64,000 bases of DNA from Squalus acanthias (Eukaryota). Position 1 is the stretch's first letter. Every line of letters begins with the position of its first letter. Shown one piece after another: positions 23,080 through 35,440 of this stretch. A program made the translations under genes and the position numbers. The stretch lies in assembly GCA_030390025.1 (NCBI GenBank), contig CM059432.1, positions 32,056,001 to 32,120,000 of the forward strand, in the 5' to 3' direction. Under the pieces are notes generated by a model, which was not told the origin of the DNA, searched no databases, and worked only from the letters and a program-made list of their open reading frames with translations.

Positions 23080-23412
23080 ATGGCTTAATTGGTCGCACTC
23101 TTGCCTCTGAGTCAGAGGCCTACGGATTCAGCCACACCCCAGAGACTTTAGCACAATATCTAAGCTGAAATTTCACTGAGGGAGTGCTACATTGTCAGAG
23201 GTGCTGTCTTTCAGATGAGATGTTAAATTGAGGTCCCGTTTGCCCTTTTAGGTGGACGTAAAAGATCTAATGACACTGTTCAAAGAAGATCAGGGGAGTT
23301 CTCTCTGTGTCCTAGCCAACATTAATCCCTTAAAGAACACCACAACTAAGACAGGTTATTTATAAATGTTAATTTATCTCATTGCTGTTCGTGGATCTTA
23401 CTGTGTGCAAGT
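23080..23412 (+). mobile_element. Deu-domain SINE
   Basis: tRNA-like head tggcttaattggt..cactcttgcctctgagtcaga; central ..gatgagatgttaaattgagg..gtaaaagatc..gaagatcaggggagttctc. Confidence 0.75.
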
Positions 23413-23414
23413 TG

Positions 23415-23715
23415 ACTGAAGGAAAAGACAGAGAAGGAGAGTGACAGGAACAGAACAGATGAAGGAGGGACAGATAGGCAGGAGGGGGAGGAATAGGGAG
23501 GCAGAGACAGACAGACAGACAAGAAACAGAAAGAGAGAAGCAAAGAGAAACATAAAGAAATGAATAGGAAGATAAAGAGACTGGGGATGTTGAAACACAG
23601 AAAAAAAACAGGGCGCACATACAGATACATAGTGACAGAGATGAAATGAGACAAAGACAAAGAAAGAGAGAAATAGATAATGAAACTGATTGACAGGGAT
23701 TGACAGAAATAGAGA
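23415..23715. repeat. Purine-rich (GA/GACA) low-complexity tract
   Basis: gagacagacagacagacaagaaacagaaagagagaag... Confidence 0.7.
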
Positions 23716-23849
23716 TTTGATATATATAGTTCCTTTCCTAGGACCTTAAAACTGCAATGTCTTACAATCTGTGTGCTTTCATAGCTCAAATATAGTGTCA
23801 TTAATATTACTCCTTGCTTTATCTCAATCTATCACCTACTCTTTTCAAC

Positions 23850-24022
23850 CCTGCTACATGGGTCTTGTTCCTTCATCATGGGCACTGTTCCTGTAGTTTG
23901 GGCCTTGGCTCAGCATCATGGGTTTTGTTGCTGCAGCATGGACCTTTGCCCTGTACCATAGGCCTGGACCTGCATTATGGACCTTGGCCCTAAATCATGG
24001 ACCTTGGCCCTGCATCATAGTT
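23850..24022. repeat. Degenerate ~20-bp tandem repeat
   Basis: Unit approximately CATGGACCTTGGCCCTGCAT, about 8 copies. Confidence 0.6.
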
Positions 24023-24539
24023 CTGTCTGGAAATCAGACAGGGTTCTAAAATCAGCAAAGCACTTTTCTGGCAAGCCACTGCTTGATGTTCTATTTAAAC
24101 TAAAGTTTTTTTAAAAAGAAACATTGTCCTTGTGGCAATTGCACTGACAGGCAAACTATCACAGACCACAGATCAGAAAGAAAGTTCATCAAAGCTCCCG
24201 GCAATTGTCTGGGATTGCAGGAATGTGAAGACACTATTCCTGGAGGGGAATCTAAAAGAGGTTTTCCTGAAGTGACAGCTGTTTGAAGGGCTGTGGAGTC
24301 CAGTTGGTGCAGTTGGGCAGATTCAGCCCATGAAACAATTACTTGGTTCCAAATATTTCAGGCACACAGCTCCAGCAGAGCCCTGCTTCCTTAACCCATC
24401 AGCTTCACTCCCACGAGGCCGATTCCCTGGAAATTCCTTATTGCTGTAGCAGCAGATGGAAGCTCAATCCTTTCTCTCTCCCGTTTTAAATTCCTGAATT
24501 CTGACTTGATACTGGTGTCGAAATGTGGTGGAGACAGAT

Positions 24540-24970
24540 CTCAGTGGCAGCACTCTCGCCTCTGAAGGTTGCGGCTTCAAGTCCCACTGAGCACAAAATC
24601 TAGGCTGACAGTTAAGTGCAGTACTGAGGGAGTGCTGCACTGTTTGAGGTTCTGTCTTTTGGATGAGATGTTAAACTGAGGCCCTGTCTGCCCTCTCAGG
24701 TGGATGTAAAAGTTATCATAGCACTATTTTGAAGAAGAGCAGGGAGTTCTCCCCGGTGTCCTGGCCAATATCAATCCTCAACCAACATCACTAAAACAGG
24801 TTATCTGGTCATTATCACATTGCGGTTTGTGGGAGCTTGCTGTGCTCAAATTGGCTGCCACATTTCCTACATTACAACTGTGACTACACTTCAAAAGAAC
24901 TTTATTGGCTGTGGGACGTCCTGAGGTTGTAAAAGGCGCTTTATAAATGCAAGTCTTGCTTTCTTTCTTT
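24540..24970 (+). mobile_element. Near full-length Deu-domain SINE (SacSINE1-like) with L2-type tail
   Basis: tRNA-like head with B-box-like gcttcaagtccc, central Deu-like domain, tail ..ggcgctttataaatgcaagtct. Confidence 0.8.
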
Positions 24971-25651
24971 GATTCAGGTTCTGTGTGGATGCTGTGGGCA
25001 TGAGCAGACTATTAATTCCCAAGCCCTCTGCCAACACAGTGGCCATCTTTGTACAGAATACTCTACAGGAAGGGCACACAGCTGAACCGTGACCAACAGC
25101 GATATACAAAGAATGGCGGCACACTTGCCTTGAATGGCTATTGGTTTATTTACAACATGCACGCCAAAAAATCTTAACAATGCATCCACCGAATAGTTTT
25201 GAAACCATAATTAAATTTAAAAATCGTCATGCAGTTTTGTAGAATCTACATACTTCCTTTCTTTTCCACAAGTTTCTTCTCTTCTCCTGAAGCCTCTGGC
25301 TCGTTATGGGTCAGCAATACACCCTATACCCTCCAGTATCTTGCCTATGTGGTCTTCTATTTCCCTTTTCCAATTTTTCCAATCCTTTTTACCCATCCTC
25401 CCCTTACGCTGGTGGACCGTATCCAGTGTCCATTCTTCATGTGTGAGCCTGTACAGTGAGTGTTAATAGGCTGTTTGACCAAGAGGGGCATCATAGCTGA
25501 GACCAATGTCCAACCATGAGCACTTTCCAACAGTGGTTACCGAGAGCCATCACAAACAGAATCCCTGACTGGTTTTTCTTTTCTCAACTCCAGGCAGTTA
25601 CTGAGGTATATTGAAGCACCGCCAACTAAGATTAGTTAACGTAGTGCGAAT

Positions 25652-26080
25652 ACAACAAGAACTTGCATTTATATAGTGCTTTTAATGTAAGAAAACATCT
25701 CTAAGCGTTTCACAGATGAGAATTGGCACCGAGGCAAAGAAGGAGATAATAGGACAGGTGACTAAAAGCTTGAAAAAAGAGGTAAGTTTTAAGGAGGGTC
25801 TTAAAGGAGAAGAGAGAGGTGGGAGATGGAAAGGTTTAGGGGGGGAGGGGGGGAATTCCAGAGTTTAGGCCCATGACAGCTAAAGGCATGGCCGCTAATG
25901 GTGAGATGAAGGAAGTTGGGGATGCGCAAGAGTTCAGAGTTGGAGCAACACCGAGTTCTCGGAGGGTTGGGGGCAGGAGAAGGTTATAGAGATAGGAAGG
26001 GGCGAGGCCATGGAAGGACTTGAACACAAGGGTCAGAATTTTAAAATTGAGGCATTGGTGATATGGGAGCCAATGTAGGG
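25652..26080 (-). mobile_element. L2-clade LINE 3' fragment
   Basis: Same family as 132-1096; ORF 25836..26027 FKSFHGLAPSYL. Confidence 0.75.
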
Positions 26081-28438
26081 ATGATGGATAATAACTCCTT
26101 TTATTAGGTTATTTATACTTGTATTCATTTTCTCAGCTGTTTCTTATTCCTCCAGTCAGAGCACTTTGTGCTCTCATTTCTCCTATAATCTGGTGTAGAA
26201 TTGTGTCAATTCCAGTTGCCAGGACATGCTGAGAATGATGGGTAAATGATGCGATTAAGGACTTACAGTTATATTAATCGCCCCAATGGCTCTGGGAGTA
26301 GAGCCTGCAGGTTGGTCAGCCATACAGTTTAGGGTGGCTCCGGGTCAATCCCTGGTCTGTTAGCTGTTCTCATCAGGAGTAATATAGTTCACATCAAGTG
26401 CGCTAGGAACAAAAATATCAGCCAGGGCTCCCATTCCTGATTGCTATCTAATGACTCCTGCTGGACAGGATCATGCTCAGATTCGATACTCACTCAGTCA
26501 AATAGCCTGCCATCACTCACTGCAACACTCACATATGACAAATGGCCACACAAGCAAGGTACTGGAGGGTCACTGGTACTTGTGGGACTGTATCTCAGTT
26601 TGGGCATTCAGGGGAAGAGGGAGAATTTGGGGAGAGAAAAAACTTCAAGTTAGGATGCTGAATAGAGGGCTTATTGAGATAATTTCTATTTTAAAACTTA
26701 ATCAGCAAGCGGTGAGTCACATTTAAACGTTTGCGCCAGGATTGTAAAAGGATCTGCTTTCAAACTACTCACCCATCCCTTTCCATCAGTCCTGTACATT
26801 CAGAACCAGCCAAATTATATAAGGCAGCCCTGTTGGTAACTCTAGAACTCAGTCACCCACACACTCTCACGTGCTAAGCCCACCTCACCTATCATACCTG
26901 CTTTTGCTGTCCTCCACTTTCTATCCATCCCCAATGCAATGATTTCAAAATCCTCATAAACATCTGAGGATCTCTCTATGGAGTTACTCTAGAAGCTCCT
27001 CCAGCCCTATGTCACAGCTAACGCACTCTGCTCTTCTAAGTTTGGACTACTATACACTTTCCTCCTTAACCCCCCCACCCCCCGCCCCCCATTCAGACTT
27101 CAGCCGTCACTCCGTGCTCTCTGGAAATCTCTTACTAAACCCAATCCCTTTGCTATCTCTCTTCCCACTTTCCTAGCTCCTCTAAACCTCTGTGATTTTG
27201 CATTTGGTCTCCTCCCCTAACTCTTCTAATTTTTGCTCAGTATCAGATTTTCTGCTCTCTTGTTAATCTTGCTATAGAGGGAAGAACTTGTATTTATGTA
27301 GCACCCATCACATCCTCAGGATGCCCTTAAGCTCTTCGCAACCAGCGAATTACTTTTTAAAGTGTAGTCACTGTTATGTAGGCAAAGACACTAAATAAGT
27401 GTAAGTCCTTGGTGTTCTGTGACATTTGCTCAATTCAGTTAGTAACAAACTAGAAAAGACTGCAGAGCTTCAAAATATGGTTTGTATTCATCAGCACTTT
27501 TAGTACACAGCATGCAGCTGTCAATTACACCAAAATTTCCAGGTCAGAGGAAACATCAGCGAGCTTCCTATTGAGTTATGGCAATAGTGATACAATTTCT
27601 TTTTAAACTGTGACACAGTTGATTCCTGAATGTCTAGCTGAGTCATTGGCTTAACAGGTTTTATTTAACCCATGTAGACTCTTCATATCTGCAACACTCA
27701 ATAGCAACGTACAAAGGGGAAATCAATTACTCCATTACTGATAATAGTTTCTCACCTAGTGTGAGAATGCCATCGCATAGGTGAGACTGCCTCTGACTAT
27801 TGTGTCCTGGGCTTTGGCCTGTGTGACAGTAGATCTTCCTGTCCTGTCAAACACCTTACAGAACAACATCCAGTACTTATACTGGCTAGCCTGCTGTATC
27901 TGTAATTATGTCGTAAAGTGCAATTATAAAGTATATTTATGCGAAAGTGTTTTGGGCATGTGTCAGTGTAAAAAAAAGGGCAACATCACTTGAAAATACC
28001 AGAACAGGAGAAAGATTTGAAGCCCCCTTCCAAAGGCTATCTCATACCTGTTCAAGCCTGCACCAACTGCATTATGGCTCCAGTCCGATACAAATCCCAG
28101 TTCTAAATGAGCCTTTCGACCGCCAGAGAACTTTTAAAATCTTTGTCTGGAATCTTTCGAATCCTTAAAGTGATTGCTTCTGCCGTGCTCAGCTGACACT
28201 GAAAGGTTTCACGGGGAAGGAGCAGAAAGCAGCATATGAATCAAGGCTGGTCAGACTGAGCTCGGTCTACAGAATAGCAAGAGTCTGCTGACTCTTCAAT
28301 CAGCTGGCGGATACTACTCTCAGATCAGGAACTGAAGTGTAATGCCAGCCATATTCCTTGATATGCAACATACCATATAATACAAAAGCAAATATTACCA
28401 TATAATACTACTGTTATTATCAATGGTTATGCTTACGT

Positions 28439-28593
28439 GAGGATGAAATTGGTCTATGCCAATAGCGCGAATTAGGCTCAAAGCGAAATCGGTATTGAAG
28501 TCAATGGTACAGAAAATTGGGCGCGGTGTAAAATGGGCTATCGATTCACAATTGTACATTTCATGCTTTTGCTGAGCACCAATTTCATCCCCC
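28439..28593. mobile_element. Short MITE
   Basis: Terminal inverted GAGGATGAAATTGGT / ACCAATTTCATCCCC. Confidence 0.5.
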
Positions 28594-28680
28594 ATGTTCA
28601 GTTTTTCTTCTGTGTGATAAACTCCGACTTAAATAGGGCTTAAAAAATTCTTCACAACTCACAAGTGGTATAGTGCTTAC

Positions 28681-28855
28681 CAAAATCTTTCTCCTTGCTG
28701 TGTCGTCTTCTTTGTCTCTTTTTACAGAATCCCAGTTGAAAGGCTCAAGTCCTCAGTAGTTCTAACGGTGAGTGGAAGGTGTCCTGCTCCCAGCTGTGTC
28801 CGAGTCTCTTTCAGGCTCAGGGAAAATGCCGACAGCTGATTCTATCGCTGCTCTA
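28681..28855 (-). other. XIRP1: Putative non-coding alternative first exon of XIRP1 (5' end approximate)
   Basis: Strong donor TTTG|gtaagc at 28679-28680; no ATG in the exon; begins ~25-30 nt downstream of a TATA/MEF2 element. Confidence 0.55.
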
Positions 28856-28877
28856 TGTTTGGGAGAATAAGCCGGCT

Positions 28878-28999
28878 CTATTTATAGGGCATTAGGAGCC
28901 TGGCTGCTCCAACAGGCTGAGTCAATCACTGGTTCCAGAAATCATCGGGGGACTCACGCTGTTGACATCCCTGTGAGCCGAGCATGCCAACGACACCTG
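28878..28999 (-). promoter_or_regulatory. Muscle-type promoter: MEF2 site doubling as TATA box, AP-1 site, E-boxes
   Basis: CTATTTATAG at 28878-28887 is a perfect CTA(A/T)4TAG and reads CTATAAATAG on the minus strand. TGAGTCA at 28918-28924, CACCTG at 28994-28999, and CAGCTG at 28791 and 28833 just downstream. Confidence 0.6.
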
Positions 29000-30094
29000 C
29001 TCACTGGGTTGAGCCCACGGAAGGAATGAGGTGCTCAGCCAACCCGATTGCGTGAATCTGTGCCATTTCCTTCTCTTCCTTCAGATGTTGATGATGACTT
29101 GATGAACATGCGCCAATGACATCACAGTCATTAACGTTCGGTCTAGACACCATCACATGCCGATGACGGGAAGCGCACGGGCCAATAGAGAATCACCATG
29201 ACACCAGCAGGACAACAGAGCCCAAATCCACTAAAACCCACCCCAAAGATTTCCCGGCACATAAACCATCATATTAGACACCTTAAGGTAATTTTAAACC
29301 TACAGTTATATCTCTCAGATGTCTATTATTCTATATATAAACCATCTGAACCCCTCAATTAGATTCCAGTCTGTAACTCACTCCTGGGTATCCATTATTC
29401 TATAAGGAAACTAATTGATTCCAACCTGAACCCCTAAAGATTTAAAGTCATGGATTTTTTTTTAACTTTTAAAGTGTCCCTATTTGAAAGAGTTAGGGGC
29501 CACTATTTTCTCCTTTCGAAGGGTCCTGACATCTTCCCCCTGGACTCTGCACAGCATATCACCATCTACGGCTTTGAGGGTGGTGGGGGGGATGGAGCAG
29601 ACACCTGAAATGCTCTTACTGTGCCCGCCACTGGCATGCAATGTAGGCAACCCACCCTTGGCCTCAACAAGTCTGTTGGGTTCAGTGATAGATGCTCCGT
29701 TGGCATATCCTGGCAGGCACATCCCAGCACTTAGACTGAGATGGGCCCTCCCCCCATGGATTTTTGGCCCCTATGTCATGATTTATCTGACCTGCAATCC
29801 TACTCTTCAGCCCTTGTGTGGTCCACTTCTATTGACCTTGGCCAGTCATTCAGGTTCTTTTTTCCTCTACTTGCCAATATTCTCCATCCCCTATTGTGAA
29901 GACCCAACTCCTTGCTGGGGTACGATTCCACGAGCGCTGGTCATCGTCCGGTACCTCATCCGAATGACCATCATTTGTGTGTCAGCTTTGATAATGTTTT
30001 TTGACAGGCTATTCAGCTCATGGGGCATCACAAGTTACGGCAGACAAGTGGAAAAACGCTCGCGGATATTCACCCCATAATCTAGGTTGATATT

Positions 30095-30445
30095 TTACAC
30101 AAGGGGTGCTGTGTGGTCAGAGGTGCCGTCTTTTGGATGAGACGTTAAATCAAAACCCCATCTATGTGCTGAGGTGGATGTAAAAGATCCAATGGTACTG
30201 TTTCAAAGAAGAGCTGGGATTCTCTCAGTAACTTGGTCAATATATATCCCTCAACCAACATCACTAAAAGACAACAGATTCATTGATCCCTTTGCTGTTT
30301 GTGAGACCTTTCTGTGTGCACTTTGGTTGCTATGCTTGCCTGTATAAACCTGCCTTGTAACAACAGTAACTACACTTAGAAAGAAATTCATTGGCTCTGG
30401 AACATATTGAGGATGTGAAAGGTGCTATACAAATGCAAATCTTTT
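30095..30445 (+). mobile_element. Deu-domain SINE, 5'-truncated
   Basis: ggtgccgtcttttggatgagacgttaaa..gtaaaagatcc..gaagagc; L2-type tail. Confidence 0.75.
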
Positions 30446-31317
30446 GTATTGTATTCTCGGCCAAAGCAACAGTCCAAAAGCTCTGATTCTCCTGGGCTGC
30501 AGGGTGTGGATGAAAAACAACAGCTAGAATTCCTGTTCCTAATCATCAATCAGTGATTCCTGCTGCAAAGGACTTTATTGGGCTCCCATGTTGCTGCTGA
30601 GACTCATGAGAAATGGCCACTTGGATGAGGCACTAGAGAGTGAGAAGCAATGACACAACCGTACGCCAACTTGGGTTGGCGGCTTCAGGAGAAGAGGAGT
30701 GAAAACATAATGGGGAAGGGATAACATTGGATTTCTACACATTCCGTAGAGCCACAAGCTCTCAATCAGGTAGGGAAGGTGGAAGCCTGTGAAAATGGCT
30801 GCACCAATCAGTAGGCCAGACACATGCTATAGGAATGCACAGAGTTATATTAACATTTTAGTTTCCACATAAAATAATAGGATAACTGATGACGAAGCTG
30901 AATACCAAGACATCTGACTGCACAGAACATAATCCTGGAACATTTAGTCAGTGAAGAACTTAATATCGAACAACAAAGTGCCTAAAGGAACGGCAGTGAG
31001 TGAGCGAAGCAGCAGTGTTAGGATGCAACGTGCCCAGTCTAATCTGAGGCACTGATTGAATGGCTTGACTCAAAATAACCTCACCACTCACTTGGTGATT
31101 GACTGTACAAGAAAATCAAACAAATAGCTGTGTCATTGCTGACAGACCAGACTCACTTCATGCAGATGATCAGCATTAAAATCATGAATGTTGGAAATCC
31201 AAATTATAATAGAAAATACTAGAAATGGACAGCAGGCCCATCAAAGATATCTCGCCAGTGCTCCTGCTGGATTCTCCCATTCATATTCCACCATTTTCTT
31301 TTCCATTTTGGAGGTAT

Positions 31318-31860
31318 TTACAACAACAACTTGCATTTATAATGTCTTTACCGTAGTGAAACAACCCAAGGCACTTCACAGCAGTGTTATCAAACAAAAT
31401 TTGTCACCGAGCCTCACAAGAAGATATTAGGGTTGGTGAGGTAGGTTTTAAGGAGATTTCTAAAGGAGGAGAGAGAGATAGAGAGGCGGAGAGCTTCAGG
31501 GAGGAAATTCCACAGCTTCGCGCGGCAATTTGCCAACAATACTCCAAGTGCCACTGGTGCTCTACAATACAACAACAATAGCGACAGCAGCATCTTTTAT
31601 TTATATGGCACCTTTAACATAGAAAATGTCCCAAGGCGTGACACAGAAGTGTAATCAGACTTAAATGGGCCAACAAAGAGGTATCAGGAGTGGTGATCAA
31701 AAGCTTGATCAAAGAGGTGGGGTTTAAGGAGTGTCTTAAAGGAGGAGAGAGGCGGAGGAGTTTAGGGAGGGAATTCCAAAACGTAGGGCCTAGGCAGCTG
31801 ATGGCACGGCCGCCAATGGTAAATTAAGGGAGTGGAAGATGCACAAGAGGCCAGAGACCA
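31318..31860 (-). mobile_element. Two tandem L2 3'-end fragments
   Basis: caacaacaacttgcatttat.. at 31321 and a second tail near 31570-31620, each followed by the L2 3' sequence. Confidence 0.65.
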
Positions 31861-32572
31861 TCTTCCGAGAGATTGAAAATGTACATATACAAAAGACAAA
31901 TGTCTGGTCCAGGTCACAGGAGGGTATTAAAGTTACAGCCCCGAGTTATACTATCGTGCAAGTCGATAGGGGCATTGCGAGCAACTCCCATAAAAGTGAG
32001 ATGCCTGACCCATTGGACCAGAAAAGGTATCCAAAGTAGATCTGAATTTGTAACACATACACAGCACTTGATCTAGGATGACATTACACTGAGGGAGCGC
32101 TGCATTGTCGGAGGTGTTATCTGTCAGATTTTGTAGTGTAGGTAAATGGAACAGCCAAATTGCGCACAGCAAGGTCCCACTAACAGCAATAATAGAAATG
32201 ACCAGATAATCATAGGCAGGGTGATGTTTGTTAAGGAACAATGATGACCATACCACTGAGAAAACTCCTCTGTTCTTCCTCAAATAGAACTATAGAATCT
32301 TTAATGTCTACCTCAGAGAACAGAAAGGACCTCAGCTATACATCTCATCCAAAAGATGGCGCCTCGAACAGTACAACACTCCCTCACTACTGCATTGAAG
32401 TGTCAGCCTAGATTGTGTACTCAAGCCCTGGAGTATGTCTTGAACCGACAACCTTCTAACTCAGAGTCAAGACACTACTGAGGAGCCTGACATCAGCCAC
32501 GCTGAGGGGGAAATCTCAGGTGCACTGCTCACAATTTCCATCCATAATCTCCTGATATGGGCAGCTGGTGGG

Positions 32573-32736
32573 CAATGTTCTCTCTCATTTTTTTTTGGGC
32601 CGCACGGCCCCTTTAACAGGCTGCACAGCCCATTCAAAATTCTGCACATGCGTGGTTTTTCCTTTTAAAAGGCGGTGCGCCAGCTACGCAGGTCCTCTGG
32701 AGCGCTGCGCGGCCGTGCGGCTTAAAGGGAACATTG
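32573..32736. mobile_element. hAT-type MITE (164 bp)
   Basis: TIRs CAATGTTC(T/C)CT.. / ..AGGGAACATTG; perfect 8-bp TSD CTGGTGGG at 32565-32572 and 32737-32744. Confidence 0.85.
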
Positions 32737-32804
32737 CTGGTGGGCAATACTCTGCACTGTAGGGCAAACTTGAAAATCGGCCATGTAACATTGGGTGAGT
32801 AATT

Positions 32805-35440
32805 CAATGCTTCTTCGACAGCACCTCCCAAACCCTAGAAGGACTAGGACACTAGGTGCATGGAAATACCATTACCTCTAAGTTACCCTTCAAGTCACAC
32901 ACCATCCTGACTTGGACATTATTGTCGCTGGGTCAAAATCCTGGAACTCCCTCCCTAATAGCACTGTGGGAGCACCTTCACCACATGGACTGCAGCAGTT
33001 GAACAAGAAAGGATTAATTAGCAATCTTGTTGTACGAGGCCCCTTGGGTCAGAGTGATCATAATATGATAGAATTCTTCATTAGGATGGAGAGTGAAGTA
33101 GTTGAATCAGAGACTAGGGTCCTGAATTTAAATAAAGGAAACTATGATGGTATGAGGCGTGAATTGGGTAGGATTGATTGGGGAATGTCACTCAAGGGGT
33201 TGACGGTGGATAGGCAATGGCAAACATTCAAAGACTGCATGGATGAACTACAGAATTTGTTCATCCCAGTGTGGCATAAGAATAAAACAAAAAGGGTGAC
33301 TCAACCGTGGCTAACAGGGGAAATTAGGGATAGCATAAGATTCAAGGAGAGGGCACATAAATTGTCCAGAAAAAGCAGTAACCCTGAGGATTGGGAGCAG
33401 TTTAGGATTCAACAAAGGAGGACAAAGGGATTAATTAAGAAGGGGAAAATAGAATATGAAAGTAAGCTTGCTGGAAACATAAAAACTGACTGTAAGAGCT
33501 TTTATAGATATGTGAAGAGAAAAAGATTAGTGAAATCAAGTGTAGGTGCCTTGCAGTCAGAAGCGGGGAAGTTATAATGGGGAACAAAGAAATGGCAGAC
33601 CAATTAAATGCATATTTTGGTTCTGTCTTCACAAAGGAGGACAAAAATAACCTCCCAGAGATGTTGGAGAACATAGGGTCTGATGAAAGGGAGGAACTGA
33701 AAGAAATCAGTATTTGCAGGGAAATGGTGTTAGGGATATTGACGGGATTGAAGGCCGATAAATCCCCAGGGCCTGATAATCTACATCCTAGGGTACTTAA
33801 GGAAGTGGCCCTAGAAATAGTAGATGCATTGTTGATCATCTTCCAACATTCGATGGAATCTGGAACTGTACCCATGGATTGGAGGGTAGCTAATGTTACC
33901 CCACTATTCAAAAAGGGTGGTAGAGAGAAAGCGGAGAATTACAGACCGGTAAGCCTGACATCGGTAGTGGGGAAAATGCTAGAGTCCATTATAAAGGATG
34001 TAATAGCTGAGCACTTGAAAAACAGTGACAGGATCGGACAAAGTCAACATGGATTTACAAAAGGTAAATCGTGCTTGACTAATCTACTGGAATTTTTTGA
34101 GGATGTAACTGGGAAAATAGATAAGGGAGAACCAGTAGATGTGGTGTATTTGGACTTTCAAAAGGCTTTCGATAAGGTCCCGCATAAGAGATTAGCATGT
34201 AAAGTTAAGGCACATGGGATTGGGGGCAAGGTATTGACTTGGATAGAGAACTGGTTGGCGGACAGAAAGCAGAGAGTAGGAATTAATGGGTCTTTTTCCG
34301 AGTGGCAAGCAGTGACTAGTGGGGTACCGCAGGGATCGGTCCTTGGACCCCAGCTATTCACAATATACATTAATGATCTAGATAAGGGAACTAAATGTAA
34401 TATCTCCAAGTTTGCAGATGACACAAAGCTGGGTGGGAGTGTGTGCTGCGAGGAGGATACCGAGAAACTCCAGGATGATTTGGACAAGTTGGGTGAGTAG
34501 GCAGAAGCGTGGCAGATGCAATATAATGTGGATAAATGCGAGGTTATCCACTTTGGTGTCAAAAACAGAAAGGCAGACTATTATCTGAATGGCAATAGAT
34601 TGGGAGAAGGGGAAGTGCAACGAGACCTGGGTGTCCTTGTGCACCAGTCGTTGAAAGTAAGTATGCAGGTGCAGCAGGCGGTGAAGAAGGCAAATGGTAT
34701 GTTGGCCTTCATAGCGAAAGGGTTTGAGTATAGGAACAGGGATGTCCTGCTGCAGTTGTACAGGGCCTTGGTGAGACCACACCTTGAGTACTGTGTGCAG
34801 TTTTGGTCGCCTTATCTGAGGAAGGATGTTCTTGCCATGGAAGGAGTTCAGCGAAGATTCACAAGGCTGATACCTGGGATGGCAGGAATGACATATGAGG
34901 AGAGATTGGGTCGATTGGGCTTATACTCGCTGGAGTATAGAAGAATGAGAGGGGATCTCATCGAAACATATAAAATTCTGACAGGTCTGGACAAACTAGA
35001 TGCAGGAAGAATGTTCCCGATGGTCGGAGGGTCCAGAACCAGGGGTCACAGTCTAAGGATAAGGGGTAAGCCATTTAGGACAGAAATGAGGAAGAATTTC
35101 TTCACCCAGAGAGTGGTGAACCTGTGGAATTCTCTACCACAGAAGGTAGTTGAGGCCAAGTCATTAAATATATTCAAGAATGAGTTAGATATATTTCTTA
35201 AAGCTAAAGGGACCAATGGATATGGGGAGAAGGCAGGTACAGGGTACTGAGTTTGGATGATCAGCCATGATCTCATCGAATGGCGGAGCAGGCTCGAGGG
35301 GCCGAATGGCCTACTCCTGCTCCTATCTTCTATGTTTCTATGTTTCTAAGAAAGCCCACCACCACCTTGTCAAGGCCAACTAAGGAAGGGCAATAAAAGC
35401 GGCCTTGCCAGCGATGCTTACATCCTGAGAATGAATTTTT
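32805..35440 (+). mobile_element. LINE 3' fragment (..AGSKSWNSLPNS..HHHL type) split by the CR1 below; host pieces at 32805-33004 and 35355-35440
   Basis: The sequence ..ctgcagcagtt resumes as aagaaagcccaccaccacc..ggccttgccagcgatg after the CR1 tail; the same tail occurs at 40980-41085 and 48060-48160. Confidence 0.65.
33005..35348 (+). mobile_element. CR1 LINE, 5'-truncated 2.3 kb with nearly intact reverse transcriptase (one frameshift near 33570, one TAG at 34498)
   Basis: ORFs 32912..33577, 33577..34500 ([35 protein letters not shown]) and 34516..35250; (TTTCTATG)n tail; AAGAAAG repeat at both ends. Confidence 0.95.

Noticed and set aside
23080..23160. tRNA gene
   Set aside because: It is the tRNA-derived head of a SINE with no complete cloverleaf.
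29484..30080. 198-aa plus-strand ORF
   Set aside because: TTG start, no recognisable domain, no splice support; likely chance.
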